Counted from the first letter of the stretch, positions 19,154 to 28,407 are shown. The stretch: 54,742 bases of DNA from an uncultured Opitutaceae bacterium (GCA_964521705.1 CAZFUD010000001.1:1-54742), one strand, 5' to 3'. Made by a program: numbers and translations. Notes: generated by a model not told the origin, from the letters alone.

Positions 19154-20659
19154 CTACCTCGCTGGTCGAGACACCTGCTTTTTAGCCGGCGGCTCTTGAG
19201 CCAATAGCTCGAGCATGTCGTTCAGAACTCTGGGCTTGGAGCTCGCCAAGTTCTTCGTCTCCAAAGGATCTTCTTTGTAGTCGTAAAGTTCGTACACAAT
19301 CTCGCCTCGCGCTTGCTCGTGGGGAATCCATTCCACCAGGCGGTAACGTTCTGTGCGAATCGCCCTACCCAGATGGGAGCGCTTGTTGTAGGCATGGTAT
19401 GCATATTCCCGAATCCGCTTGCCCGGACTTTTCAACACCGGTGTTAAATCGATCCCGTCAATAGGCTGGGGACCATTAGGTTTCGGCAATCCTGCCAGTG
19501 ATGCCAAGGTGGTGTATATATCCACTGTCTCCGCCAGCTGCTTGGAACTCGTTCCTCCTTTCGTCACTCCCGGAGCATGAAAGATGATTGGTATGCGGTT
19601 CGCCTGTTCGTGATTCGAATGCTTCGTCCAAGAACCGTGGTCTCCCAAGTGCCAGCCATGATCCCCCCAAAGGACGATGATCGTGTTTTCATCCAGCCCG
19701 AGCGACTCGACTTCATCTAAGACTCTCCCCAACTGAGCGTCCATATAGCTAACGCTCGCGTAGTAGCCGTGGATCAGATCCCGCTTCAGGTCATCCTCAA
19801 AGACAACGGTGTCTACCGGAACTGGCTTGAAAGCCGTGATCTCCCCACCGCGTTTCACCGCGAAAGCCGGGGCCCCTTCCGGGGCTTCTTCGAATTCCGG
19901 CATGGGCAAATCATCTCTGTCATACATTTCCCAATGCTTTCTTGGAGCGGAAAAGGGCAAATGAGGCCGAACAAACCCGACAGCTAGAAAGAAGGGCTGA
20001 TCTGGATCAGTAGAGAGCTCGCGCAGCCGATCCACGGCATGGGTGGCTATGCGTCCATCGGCGTAAGCTTCATCTAGCACATCCGCGTTTTCCCAAGCTG
20101 CTCCACGTGGCAGGCTTCGTATTGGCCGACTGAATTCATTAGTAAACAGGGCCTCTTCCCTAGTGAGCTGCCGATGTGTACTTTCGGGCAGCACGTATTC
20201 AATGACTTTGTCCTTCAAGTGAGGGACGCTCCACGACTCATCATCATTGGTATTGCCATGCCCGATGTGAAAAACCTTCCCCATTGAGTGCGCGACATAG
20301 CCGCTCTTTCGAAAGTGCTGCGGCATTGTGACAGCATCCGGATACACTTCACGAAACTGAGTGCCGAAGGAGTAGAACCCCGTAGAGCTCGACCGGCTTC
20401 CCAGCATCAAGTTGTAGCGCGATGCCATGCACACCGATTGATTGCAGTAAGCCAGATCGAAACGCATACCCATTTCCGCCAGTCGGTCTATGTTCGGGCT
20501 GACGGCGACCTCGTCTCCGTAGCATCCCAAAGTCGGTTTCAGGTCGTCTATCAGAAGGAGCAGCACGTTAGGTTTGTCGGCCGCAGAGGCGAACACGGCA
20601 GAAACAAGAAATAGGATAGTTGTCTGGGTGCAGGCAGAGATCGAAAGAGGACTAGACAT
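19154..20659 (-). CDS. Sulfatase, iduronate-2-sulfatase-like
   Basis: PNVLLLLIDDLKP, CMASR active-site variant, GKVFH, GFVRPHLPF, WGDHGWHLGDHG. Confidence 0.92.
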   Translation of the reverse strand: MSSPLSISACTQTTILFLVSAVFASAADKPNVLLLLIDDLKPTLGCYGDEVAVSPNIDRLAEMGMRFDLAYCNQSVCMASRYNLMLGSRSSSTGFYSFGTQFREVYPDAVTMPQHFRKSGYVAHSMGKVFHIGHGNTNDDESWSVPHLKDKVIEYVLPESTHRQLTREEALFTNEFSRPIRSLPRGAAWENADVLDEAYADGRIATHAVDRLRELSTDPDQPFFLAVGFVRPHLPFSAPRKHWEMYDRDDLPMPEFEEAPEGAPAFAVKRGGEITAFKPVPVDTVVFEDDLKRDLIHGYYASVSYMDAQLGRVLDEVESLGLDENTIIVLWGDHGWHLGDHGSWTKHSNHEQANRIPIIFHAPGVTKGGTSSKQLAETVDIYTTLASLAGLPKPNGPQPIDGIDLTPVLKSPGKRIREYAYHAYNKRSHLGRAIRTERYRLVEWIPHEQARGEIVYELYDYKEDPLETKNLASSKPRVLNDMLELLAQEPPAKKQVSRPAR

Positions 20660-20960
20660 AACGAGTAGCTTAAAGTCCGGTCTCTGGCAATCAAGCGATC
20701 AGTTTCCACAATTACCTATGGAATATGAACATCAGCTCAGAGGGCCTTGTGCCCTCTATCAACTTCCTACCGCTTCTACGCACAACGAACTCAAGCGGGT
20801 TCGGGAAGGGATCGCTTACCAAGTCATCCGAAGAAGTGATCAGACGACTGAGCCAGTCGTCCCAATCAACGTCAGATCATCGAACCTAATGTAACACCGG
20901 GACACCTATTTGGCCGCAACGGCGCCAATCTAGCAAACGCGAGTGAGCATTTTTAAAAAT

Positions 20961-22157
20961 TCAGCGCCCCCCGAACTCGCGTTCGAAAATCTCCCACAGC
21001 GGATTTTCGCCTTCGATGGTGAAATCGTTGTACCCTTTGGTTCCCGCTTCGATCTCCTGCCAGGCTTTCCACTTTAATTTATCGGTTCCTAGCTCGTAGT
21101 TCATACTATCCCATCCTCCGGCTCGGAACGAGTAGAATGCCCAATGCCATCCAGCATCGTTGGCCAGTCCGATCACGTCCGATAAATATTGCTTCGACCC
21201 CTCGACTTTTCTCCCGCAGCCGAATTCAGCAAAATGTATCCGGTTTACGGGGATGCCATGTGTTTCCGACCAATCTCGAACGGGCTGCATGCGGGCTGAC
21301 ACATCAGCGATTGTCCAAGCTTCCGTTTCATCGCCATTGCCTGACGGCATGCGATCCGGATAGGCAAAACGGCCATTGTTCACCCGAAAGGTCGTGAATA
21401 TCCAAGGTTCGTAGAAATGAAATGAATACAACACCGCGGGATCTTCTATAAGCTTCAAAGTATGGAAACCCTCTGGATTCGCATGGAAGCGGCTGTCGAC
21501 AAAGACTGGGGTCTCTTTGTCGACGCTTCGAATCGCCGACAGCATTTGGACGTAGAATCGATTCAGGTCGGCCACGCCACCTTCATTCTCTTCCAGCCAC
21601 TTGTCGAATCCGTCGGTCTGTCCCGCTTGAAAGCCCGCTTCCCGCTCAGGGTGCGGCTCGTTGACGATATTGTACCCCACGATGGCCGGATGGTCTTTCA
21701 GCTCGAATGCCAACTCCTGCCAAAACGCCATGGCTCGATCTTGAAAGCCATGGTCATTCCATAAGCGAAAATCGAATTCCATGTTGTTGTGCTGGCGCCA
21801 ACGTCGACCGGGCAGGCTGAAAGTCGTCAGCACGATTTTGACGCCGTGCCTCTCGGCTCGATCAAGCACGATCATCAGTTTTTCCAGGTCCCCTTCTGGA
21901 ATGCCGAAAAACTTTTCCGCGTCGCCCAGCAAGAAGTCCCGACTATCGGATTTCATATTATTAGGGGATAGTCGAATATACTCGATGCCGACTTTCGCCG
22001 CTGCCGCAAACCACTCGTCGGTACCATCCTCGGCCCCGCCATTGGCCCCCCTTCGTTGCTCGTCCCAGAAAGCGAGCTTGGAGTTGGCGTTTGAGTTCGA
22101 ACTTAAAATAAAGCAGACGAGAGTCGCCACGGCGAATGCGAATTTTGGCAATACCAT
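20961..22157 (-). CDS. Glycoside hydrolase family 5, exported
   Basis: GYNIVNEPH acid/base, SFHFYEP, AEFG nucleophile, WHWAFY; signal peptide from ATG 22157. Confidence 0.88.
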   Translation of the reverse strand: MVLPKFAFAVATLVCFILSSNSNANSKLAFWDEQRRGANGGAEDGTDEWFAAAAKVGIEYIRLSPNNMKSDSRDFLLGDAEKFFGIPEGDLEKLMIVLDRAERHGVKIVLTTFSLPGRRWRQHNNMEFDFRLWNDHGFQDRAMAFWQELAFELKDHPAIVGYNIVNEPHPEREAGFQAGQTDGFDKWLEENEGGVADLNRFYVQMLSAIRSVDKETPVFVDSRFHANPEGFHTLKLIEDPAVLYSFHFYEPWIFTTFRVNNGRFAYPDRMPSGNGDETEAWTIADVSARMQPVRDWSETHGIPVNRIHFAEFGCGRKVEGSKQYLSDVIGLANDAGWHWAFYSFRAGGWDSMNYELGTDKLKWKAWQEIEAGTKGYNDFTIEGENPLWEIFEREFGGR

Positions 22158-22297
22158 GTCTTCAGTCCTAGCGATGAACCCCCTACGGACAACGAAATTA
22201 GAAACCAATATGGTGACAAAACCGGGTTACAAACGCCCTTCACTATCAGCTTGCCAAACCCCGAGCCGTGGGCTTATTACCCCTTCTCTTTTCTGAG

Positions 22298-22377
<80 letters not shown>

Positions 22378-22436
22378 TTCAATCTGGCTTTCGGCTAGAG
22401 CAGCCCCGACAAGGTCGGGGTTGGTCGTGGGTGTCA

Positions 22437-23740
22437 GGCTCAACGGCTCAACGGCTCAACACCAATTACGGGGGACCTTTGATTTTTTATCCGCATAAGG
22501 CTCTCACTCTCATTCTGTAGTTGTTGAAGTTTCTGAAACCGAAGGCCCTTCTGGAGATCATCTCCATCTTGTTGTGATAGCCTTCGGTGATGGCGTTGTT
22601 CCTGGTGAAGCGCCACATGCAGGCGATCGGCTCGGACCACTTCTCGAAGGTATGGCCCAGGCTGGCGAACTCCTCGAAGCCGCTGCTCTTGAGCTGCTGG
22701 AGCATTGCGTCGAAGGACTTGGCGTGACGGCGGCATTGCTTGGCTGTCTGATGCTTCTTGCATAGAAGATCGTGCAGCTTCTGCTTGAAGCGGTAGATCG
22801 CCTCGATGGCGGGATGCTCCTGGAAGTACTCGCCCAGCCGGAGGGCCTGCTCGGGCTTCAGGTTGCGGGGATGGCGTCGCATCAGCGAGACCAGCCCCTT
22901 GTTGAGCGAGCCGGTCGCGTCGAGGCGCCGCCACAGCTTCATGAAGCGCTCGCCGAGCAGGCGCACGACGTGGAAGCGGTCCGCCACGATCCTGGCCTTG
23001 GGGAAGTGCCTTCGAACCAGGGACCTGTAGGACTCGGAGAGGTCGATGCACACCAGCTCCACCTTGTCCTTGCCCTTCAATGAGTTAAGATAGCCGCCAA
23101 GGGACTTCTCGCTGCGTCCGAGGGTGACGTCGAAGACCTTCTTTCGCCCCAGGTCGCAGAAGGTCGTGGCGAAGCCGTCCTTGCGGGTGAAGAAGTGCTC
23201 GTCTATGCCCAGGAGCTTCGGACAGCTCGGCAGAGAGCGCTCCTTCGCCCGGCTGTCCAAGCAATCCCGATACCATCGCTCCACAGTGGCCGCTCCGATC
23301 CTCTCCCTGCTCGCCAGGGTCTTCTGGCTGAGCCCGTCGCCGTGCATGCGGCAAACCGACCTGCGGAAGGGCTCGCTGTGGCGCTTCCAGGGCAGGACCG
23401 CCTCGAAGCGCTCCCGGTACTGCCTGCGGCAGCCCAGGCACAGGAACTTCCTTCCCTTGAGCAGCAAGTACAGGGGCTTGGCGGCTCGGCTTCCATGCCT
23501 GACCTTGCGCTCGAACCAGCCCTTGCTGCGCCTGCCGATGCCCCCGCAGCGGGGGCATCGGCAGGGCTTCGCGTTGACCACCTTATATACAAGCGGCCTG
23601 CGGCAGACCACCGCTTCGAGCTTGTATCCGGCAAGCCCTATGACATCTTCAATGCTGGGCATCGTCTCTTCCTCGGTTCTGTTTTTCACACATCATTATC
23701 GGCAATAAGGGGCGATGTCCCCCGTTATTGAGGAAGAGCC
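22437..23740 (-). mobile_element. ISL3-family insertion sequence
   Basis: Imperfect 24-bp IRs GGCTCAACACCAATTACGGGGGAC (22453-76) and GTCCCCCGTTATTGAGGAAGAGCC (23717-40); 8-bp TSD GGGTGTCA at 22429-36 and 23741-48; visibly GC-richer than flanks. Confidence 0.93.
22487..23662 (-). CDS. ISL3-family DDE transposase
   Basis: CPRCG...CLGC zinc finger, LGIDEH, VCIDLS..Y, IVADRFHVV, TEGYHNKMEMISRRAFGFRNFNNYR; start at ATG 23662 or GTG 23689. Confidence 0.96.
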   Translation of the reverse strand: MPSIEDVIGLAGYKLEAVVCRRPLVYKVVNAKPCRCPRCGGIGRRSKGWFERKVRHGSRAAKPLYLLLKGRKFLCLGCRRQYRERFEAVLPWKRHSEPFRRSVCRMHGDGLSQKTLASRERIGAATVERWYRDCLDSRAKERSLPSCPKLLGIDEHFFTRKDGFATTFCDLGRKKVFDVTLGRSEKSLGGYLNSLKGKDKVELVCIDLSESYRSLVRRHFPKARIVADRFHVVRLLGERFMKLWRRLDATGSLNKGLVSLMRRHPRNLKPEQALRLGEYFQEHPAIEAIYRFKQKLHDLLCKKHQTAKQCRRHAKSFDAMLQQLKSSGFEEFASLGHTFEKWSEPIACMWRFTRNNAITEGYHNKMEMISRRAFGFRNFNNYRMRVRALCG

Positions 23741-23771
23741 GGGTGTCAGGCCTTCTCGCTTCGCTCGTGAA

Positions 23772-23795
23772 CAAATCCCTCCGGGCCCACCAACT
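23772..23795 (+). repeat. 24-bp direct repeat (tRNA 3' end), copy 2
   Basis: Exact match to 22354-22377. Confidence 0.95.
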
Positions 23796-23847
23796 CAATT
23801 TAGTGAAAAACAAACGAGCATTCTTTCGCTTTCCTACTCAGGTCGAA

Positions 23848-25278
23848 CTAATTGTAGTCTGCAGCTCGCCGAAGCCAATCGACAAAACGACTCTTTAGGT
23901 CGGAGTATATTTCCGGATGTTCGGATGCTAGATCCGTTTTCTCTCCAAGGTCGTTCTCCAGATTGACCAAGGTAAAATCCGAGGAATCCGCATTTCGAGC
24001 GGCTTTGAGAAAGTCGCCATTGTGATTTCTCGTATCGGCGACAATCTTCCATGGGCCATGAAGCGCGCCCTGTTTGCCAAAAAGATCCCAAAAAAGGTAG
24101 CGGTCGGGAATGGATACTGTCGCCCCTGACTTCAAGTGGTCGAGCAAGGTGATTCCATCTACATGAAGTCTACCATTTTCTTTAGGTATCGCAATACCCG
24201 CTACATCCAAAATCGTCGCGAAAAGATCGAAGTGAACGGCATCGGCAGTCGAGACGGCCCCCGCTGGTATCGTTCCCGGCCATTGCATGACTGCAGGCAC
24301 ACGAATGCCGCCCTCCCAAGCTTCTCCCTTGCCTCCCCGTAAGGGTCCATTGTTGCTAGGGTAGGTGTGGGTAATCCCTCCATTATCGGAAAGGTAGATG
24401 ACCAAGGTTTCCTCGGTTAACTCCAGTTTTTCCAGCGTATCCAGCAAATCGCCTACACGGTCATCAGCATGGCTCATTACCGCATTGTAGTCTCGCCTAG
24501 GCTGATCGACATCAGCATCTTCATAGCGTTTCAACCAATCGGACCGAGCTGAGTCGGATTCGCGTTTTTCGGTTCTCAAAGGTCCATGAACAGCATTGAA
24601 AGCCAAGTAGCAGAAGAATGGCTGTTCCCGGTTTTCCTCGATAAAACGGATAGCCTCATCGGCAAAAAGATCCGTGTAGTGCTTACCCGACTTCAATGGT
24701 TGACCATTGCGTTCAATCCGTGAATTTTTCGTCCAGCGATACGGATGGGCTCCTCCGAGAAATCCGACAAACTCATCGAAGCCTCTGACATTGGGCACAT
24801 TTTCCTCGTCGTATCCCAGGTGCCACTTGCCGAATAGACCGGTTGCATAGCCCCCACGCTTCAAAAACTCGGGCAGCATGCGGACGTCGTCATGCACAAC
24901 ACGCGTATCCGGCTTGATCACCTTTCCAGTTGATTCGTCCGATTTCGGACGCGACGGCCCCCGCCACATGCCGTTGTAGATGCTGTAAGTCCCCGTGATA
25001 ATGCTGGCGCGAGTGGGCGCGCATAGGGGATTTACTCGGAACTGGTTGAATTTAATGCCCCGAACTGCAATTCGATCCATAACCGGCGTCTTCAAATCGG
25101 TTTCTGGCCAATAGCAGCTGGCATCCCCGTAACCCTGGTCGTCGGTTAGGATAAGCACTATATTCGGGTTCTCGCGAGTGGCGAAAGCAGTCGTGGAAAT
25201 GGCTAACACGACTAGACCGCGAGCGATCCACTCTCCTGCATGAGCCAATATAGAATAGTCAGTCAGTCTGGGCATCAC
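23848..25278 (-). CDS. Arylsulfatase-family sulfatase
   Basis: PNIVLILTDDQGYGD, CAPTRASIITG, GKWHLG, SDNGG, EGGIRVP. Confidence 0.95.
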   Translation of the reverse strand: MMPRLTDYSILAHAGEWIARGLVVLAISTTAFATRENPNIVLILTDDQGYGDASCYWPETDLKTPVMDRIAVRGIKFNQFRVNPLCAPTRASIITGTYSIYNGMWRGPSRPKSDESTGKVIKPDTRVVHDDVRMLPEFLKRGGYATGLFGKWHLGYDEENVPNVRGFDEFVGFLGGAHPYRWTKNSRIERNGQPLKSGKHYTDLFADEAIRFIEENREQPFFCYLAFNAVHGPLRTEKRESDSARSDWLKRYEDADVDQPRRDYNAVMSHADDRVGDLLDTLEKLELTEETLVIYLSDNGGITHTYPSNNGPLRGGKGEAWEGGIRVPAVMQWPGTIPAGAVSTADAVHFDLFATILDVAGIAIPKENGRLHVDGITLLDHLKSGATVSIPDRYLFWDLFGKQGALHGPWKIVADTRNHNGDFLKAARNADSSDFTLVNLENDLGEKTDLASEHPEIYSDLKSRFVDWLRRAADYN

Positions 25279-25392
25279 TTCTTATCAATCGCGCTTAGAG
25301 GCGATCTCGGCCACCAAATTCAATCCCGACATATTTAAGCACACTTAAGCCCCCGCCCCGCTCTGAGTAAGTCCCTAAACAACAGCAACTAC

Positions 25393-25552
25393 TGTAAAAA
25401 TTCCCAACAAATGTAAAGAGGACTTACAAATTCAGGTCGAGCGCTAGCTTCGAAATTTTTCGGTCAAAAATATGTGGCTACTTAAGCCCCTACCTGATAA
25501 GAAGATAGGAAGACCTCCGTGCTATTCGGCAACGATTGGAGCGATTACTGCT
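25393..25552 (+). promoter_or_regulatory. Tandem TGT-N11-ACA enhancer sites and putative sigma54 promoter
   Basis: TGTAAAAATTCCCAACA 25393-409, TGTAAAGAGGACTTACA 25412-428, TGGAGCGATTACTGCT 25537-552 (GG-N10-GC). Confidence 0.6.
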
Positions 25553-25564
25553 AAATTGCTTTCG

Positions 25565-25786
25565 ATGAAAGGATTGAGGACCCCGTCTAGTAGACTATTG
25601 CCGGTTCTCGTGATAATGGTAACAGCGGCAGTATCGCTGGAGTCGTTGGCTTTCGCGGACGGGGAATCTCAATCCAGCTTAACCGCCCAAATGGCAGAGA
25701 ACCCATCGAAAGGGCTGACCCTAGTCGCTTTGGGCGTCTGCCTCGTCATTTTCGCGGTTTTCCGAAAGCGGCTCTTCAGCTGCTGA
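25565..25786 (+). CDS. Small protein: signal peptide plus C-terminal TM and basic tail (PEP/VPDSG-CTERM-like)
   Basis: MKGLRTPSSRLLPVLVIMVTAAVSLESLAFA-DGESQSSLTAQMAENPSKGLTLVALGVCLVIFAVFRKRLFSC. Confidence 0.6.
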   Translation: MKGLRTPSSRLLPVLVIMVTAAVSLESLAFADGESQSSLTAQMAENPSKGLTLVALGVCLVIFAVFRKRLFSC

Positions 25787-25900
25787 TTCTGGGAATGGGC
25801 AGTAAGCGTTCGATGTGGCCGATCGAAGGCTCTAAGCCAATCCCTGTTTGAAGCCCGACTCTTGACCCGTCTCCTGGGAGCTGGCCGCTTGAGCCGGTTG

Positions 25901-26500
25901 TTACTCCTCTGGTGGAGTGGCGGTAGTCGAGCTCGATGATTCGGCCAGCTCTTGTCCTGATTCGGGCCCAATCGAAGAATCTTGGTTTTCGGTTACTCCC
26001 TCGGTATCTGAATCGTCGGATCCAACTCCGGCAGCCAGCTGCTGCACAGTCGGATTCCAAACCCCTTGCTGATGCAGCCGGGCGGTCTCTTGGGCATCGG
26101 AGATGCGACGATCACTCGCCGCTTTGCCAGGACACCAGCGGCCGAAACCTTGTCGAACTAGGATGGCATTAAGATACTCGTCAGCCATCGAATAAATCTC
26201 GGCGATAAGTATATCCCCAGTCTCTACAGATTGAGGTTTCACGCGCACCCGTTTTCCTCGAACTTCCGAGTGGAGGAATTCGAAGATCTGGTAATCGAGC
26301 ATTTCTCGTTCAGAGGCCATTTTCACTCCATGAAGCCTAACGACGTTCGACCGACGATCATCGAATTCGATAAAGAAGGCGTCTTTATTGAGTACTTCTT
26401 TGACTACGCCCTCACGCTCCTGCTTCTCATTTTTCTGATTCACCACGAAATACGCGGCCAGCAGGGCTAATCCGATGACTAGCATGGTAGGGACTAACAT
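25901..26500 (-). CDS. Membrane-anchored thermonuclease (SNase)-fold protein
   Basis: N-terminal TM; VRLHGV, YLNAILVRQGFGR, AQETARLHQQGVW; Ser/acidic tail. Confidence 0.8.
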   Translation of the reverse strand: MLVPTMLVIGLALLAAYFVVNQKNEKQEREGVVKEVLNKDAFFIEFDDRRSNVVRLHGVKMASEREMLDYQIFEFLHSEVRGKRVRVKPQSVETGDILIAEIYSMADEYLNAILVRQGFGRWCPGKAASDRRISDAQETARLHQQGVWNPTVQQLAAGVGSDDSDTEGVTENQDSSIGPESGQELAESSSSTTATPPEE

Positions 26501-26730
26501 ACTGGTTATTCAAACGTTAGCAATTCGGGATACCTTTGCCTTGGTTACTATTTCTGGCCGGCTTATACCGGCTTTTTACACATTTATCTCTAAAATCCGT
26601 CTGCTGCCTCGCTCGACAACAATCCCCGCAGAATGGTCGAGATTCAGCCACGCTTGACCTTTCACCACCTTAACCCTCAAAAACAGCTCACAGAACAGCC
26701 TTTTCCTAGCCCGCCCAAGGCCATCGCCTA

Positions 26731-27537
26731 ATGTTAAACGCAGAAACCATAACCAGTCTCCAGAACGCCCGTATCAAAAACCTGGTGAAGCTGCGAAATC
26801 GCCGGCCACGGGATCGGCAAAGCTTATTCATCGCCGAAGGGTACCGTGCTATTGGTCGCGCCCTAAAGAGCGGGGTCATCCCCGAGGAGGTCTACTTCTG
26901 CCCGGAATGCTTTCTCGGCGAAAACGAAATTCCGCTCATTGAATCCACTCGCGAAAAAGGAGCTACGCTATTCGAGCTTAGCAGGCCCGCATTCGAAAAA
27001 GTAGCTTATCGAGATCGCCCCGAGGGGATTCTTGGCGTATTCAAACAATGGAGCTATGGGCTCGATAACATTCCTTTGTCCCAAATTCCATTCTTGCTAA
27101 TAGTCGAGTCCATCGAAAAGCCAGGAAATCTGGGAACCATTCTCCGATCGGCCGATGCTGCCGGTGTAGATGCCGTCATTTGCTGCGACCCGATAACGGA
27201 TCTATTCAATCCGAATGTCGTTCGCTCATCGACTGGGGTGCTTTTCACTATGCCTACAGTCATGACCAGTTCAGAAGAGACAATCAAATGGCTTTCTAGC
27301 CGACGTATTCGTTCTGTGGCGACTACTCCCCATGCTCGTGACTTGCACACTGAGACCGATCTGACCGGGCCTCTAGCTATGGTAATGGGAAGTGAGCAAT
27401 TCGGCCTATCGAAAACGTGGTTGGAAGCGTGCTCAAATCAAGCGAGAATTCCTATGGCCGGGCAAGCGGATTCCTTGAACGTAGCCATGGCTACTTTGAT
27501 AACGCTTTTCGAAGCCGTACGCCAACGATCGCAATAG
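26731..27537 (+). CDS. TrmH/SpoU family RNA methyltransferase
   Basis: ITSLQNARIK, EKPGNLGTILRSADAAG, GSEQFGLS, IPMAGQADSLNVA. Confidence 0.96.
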   Translation: MLNAETITSLQNARIKNLVKLRNRRPRDRQSLFIAEGYRAIGRALKSGVIPEEVYFCPECFLGENEIPLIESTREKGATLFELSRPAFEKVAYRDRPEGILGVFKQWSYGLDNIPLSQIPFLLIVESIEKPGNLGTILRSADAAGVDAVICCDPITDLFNPNVVRSSTGVLFTMPTVMTSSEETIKWLSSRRIRSVATTPHARDLHTETDLTGPLAMVMGSEQFGLSKTWLEACSNQARIPMAGQADSLNVAMATLITLFEAVRQRSQ

Positions 27538-27539
27538 TC

Positions 27540-28313
27540 GTGGATATCAAGCAACTTCAGAAGAACTTCGAATCGTTGGCTTCAGAAGATCCACTGTGGA
27601 CCGTGCTGTCCGATAATTCCAAGCGAGGCGGGCGATGGGATGTCGAAGAATTCTACGCCACTGGAGAGCCCTTAATCGCCGATCTCGGTAAACGGCTTGA
27701 GCTAGCGGGACTATCCTTCCAAGGAAAAACGGCTATCGACTTCGGCTGTGGAGTTGGCCGATTGACCTTTCCGCTGGGCAAACGGTTCGCTCAATGCTAC
27801 GGCGTAGATATCTCTCAGAGCATGGTTGACTACGCTAGAAGCGAAGTCCACAGGGGACCGAACTGCCAATTCATTGTAAACACTTCCGACCGATTAGACA
27901 GTTTTGAAAACAGTAGTATTGATTTTGTCTATACAGCAATTGTATTGCAGCACATAGCCCCCCGGTACATTTACAGCTACTTGAGGGAATTCTCCCGAGT
28001 TTTGAGCCAAGGCGGCACCTTAGCCTTTCAACTGCCAAGCCACTTGAATAAGCAGGCTTCTGCCAACCAGAAACCGCTGAGAATGCTGCAAAAACGGGCT
28101 TTCTATCGAGCAAAGAGTCTCAAACAGAAAATCTCCCGATGGCTCCCATTCATTAGGAGCGATTCCTACTTCGAGATAAACGCCATCCCTAGAAAGAAGA
28201 TCATCGGCTTTCTAGAGTCCCAGTGCCGACTCAAAGTCATCGACTCCCAAGATTTTCCCGCTGCTGGGGATAACTGGATTAGCTACCTGTATCTCGCCCG
28301 CAAAAGCGGCTGA
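27540..28313 (+). CDS. Class I SAM-dependent methyltransferase
   Basis: EDPLWTVLS, IDFGCGVGRL, GVDIS, IVLQHI; start moved to GTG 27540, just after the trmH stop. Confidence 0.88.
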   Translation: MDIKQLQKNFESLASEDPLWTVLSDNSKRGGRWDVEEFYATGEPLIADLGKRLELAGLSFQGKTAIDFGCGVGRLTFPLGKRFAQCYGVDISQSMVDYARSEVHRGPNCQFIVNTSDRLDSFENSSIDFVYTAIVLQHIAPRYIYSYLREFSRVLSQGGTLAFQLPSHLNKQASANQKPLRMLQKRAFYRAKSLKQKISRWLPFIRSDSYFEINAIPRKKIIGFLESQCRLKVIDSQDFPAAGDNWISYLYLARKSG

Positions 28314-28368
28314 AACACCAAGTCAGTGTAGACAACAAAGTACCAGGTATATTGAGTGACGGAAGTAT

Positions 28369-28407
28369 ATTTTGATTAGTCTAAATAAATTCTTTGCATA
28401 TCAAAAT
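28369..28407. promoter_or_regulatory. Putative DtxR/TroR/MntR-type operator
   Basis: ATTTTGATTAGTCTAAAT (14/18 palindromic) plus adjacent TTCTTTGCATATCAAAAT, upstream of the metal ABC operon. Confidence 0.6.

Noticed and set aside
22440-23731. Several long overlapping ORFs inside the IS
   Set aside because: Expected shadow frames of a GC-rich transposase gene; no recognisable motifs.
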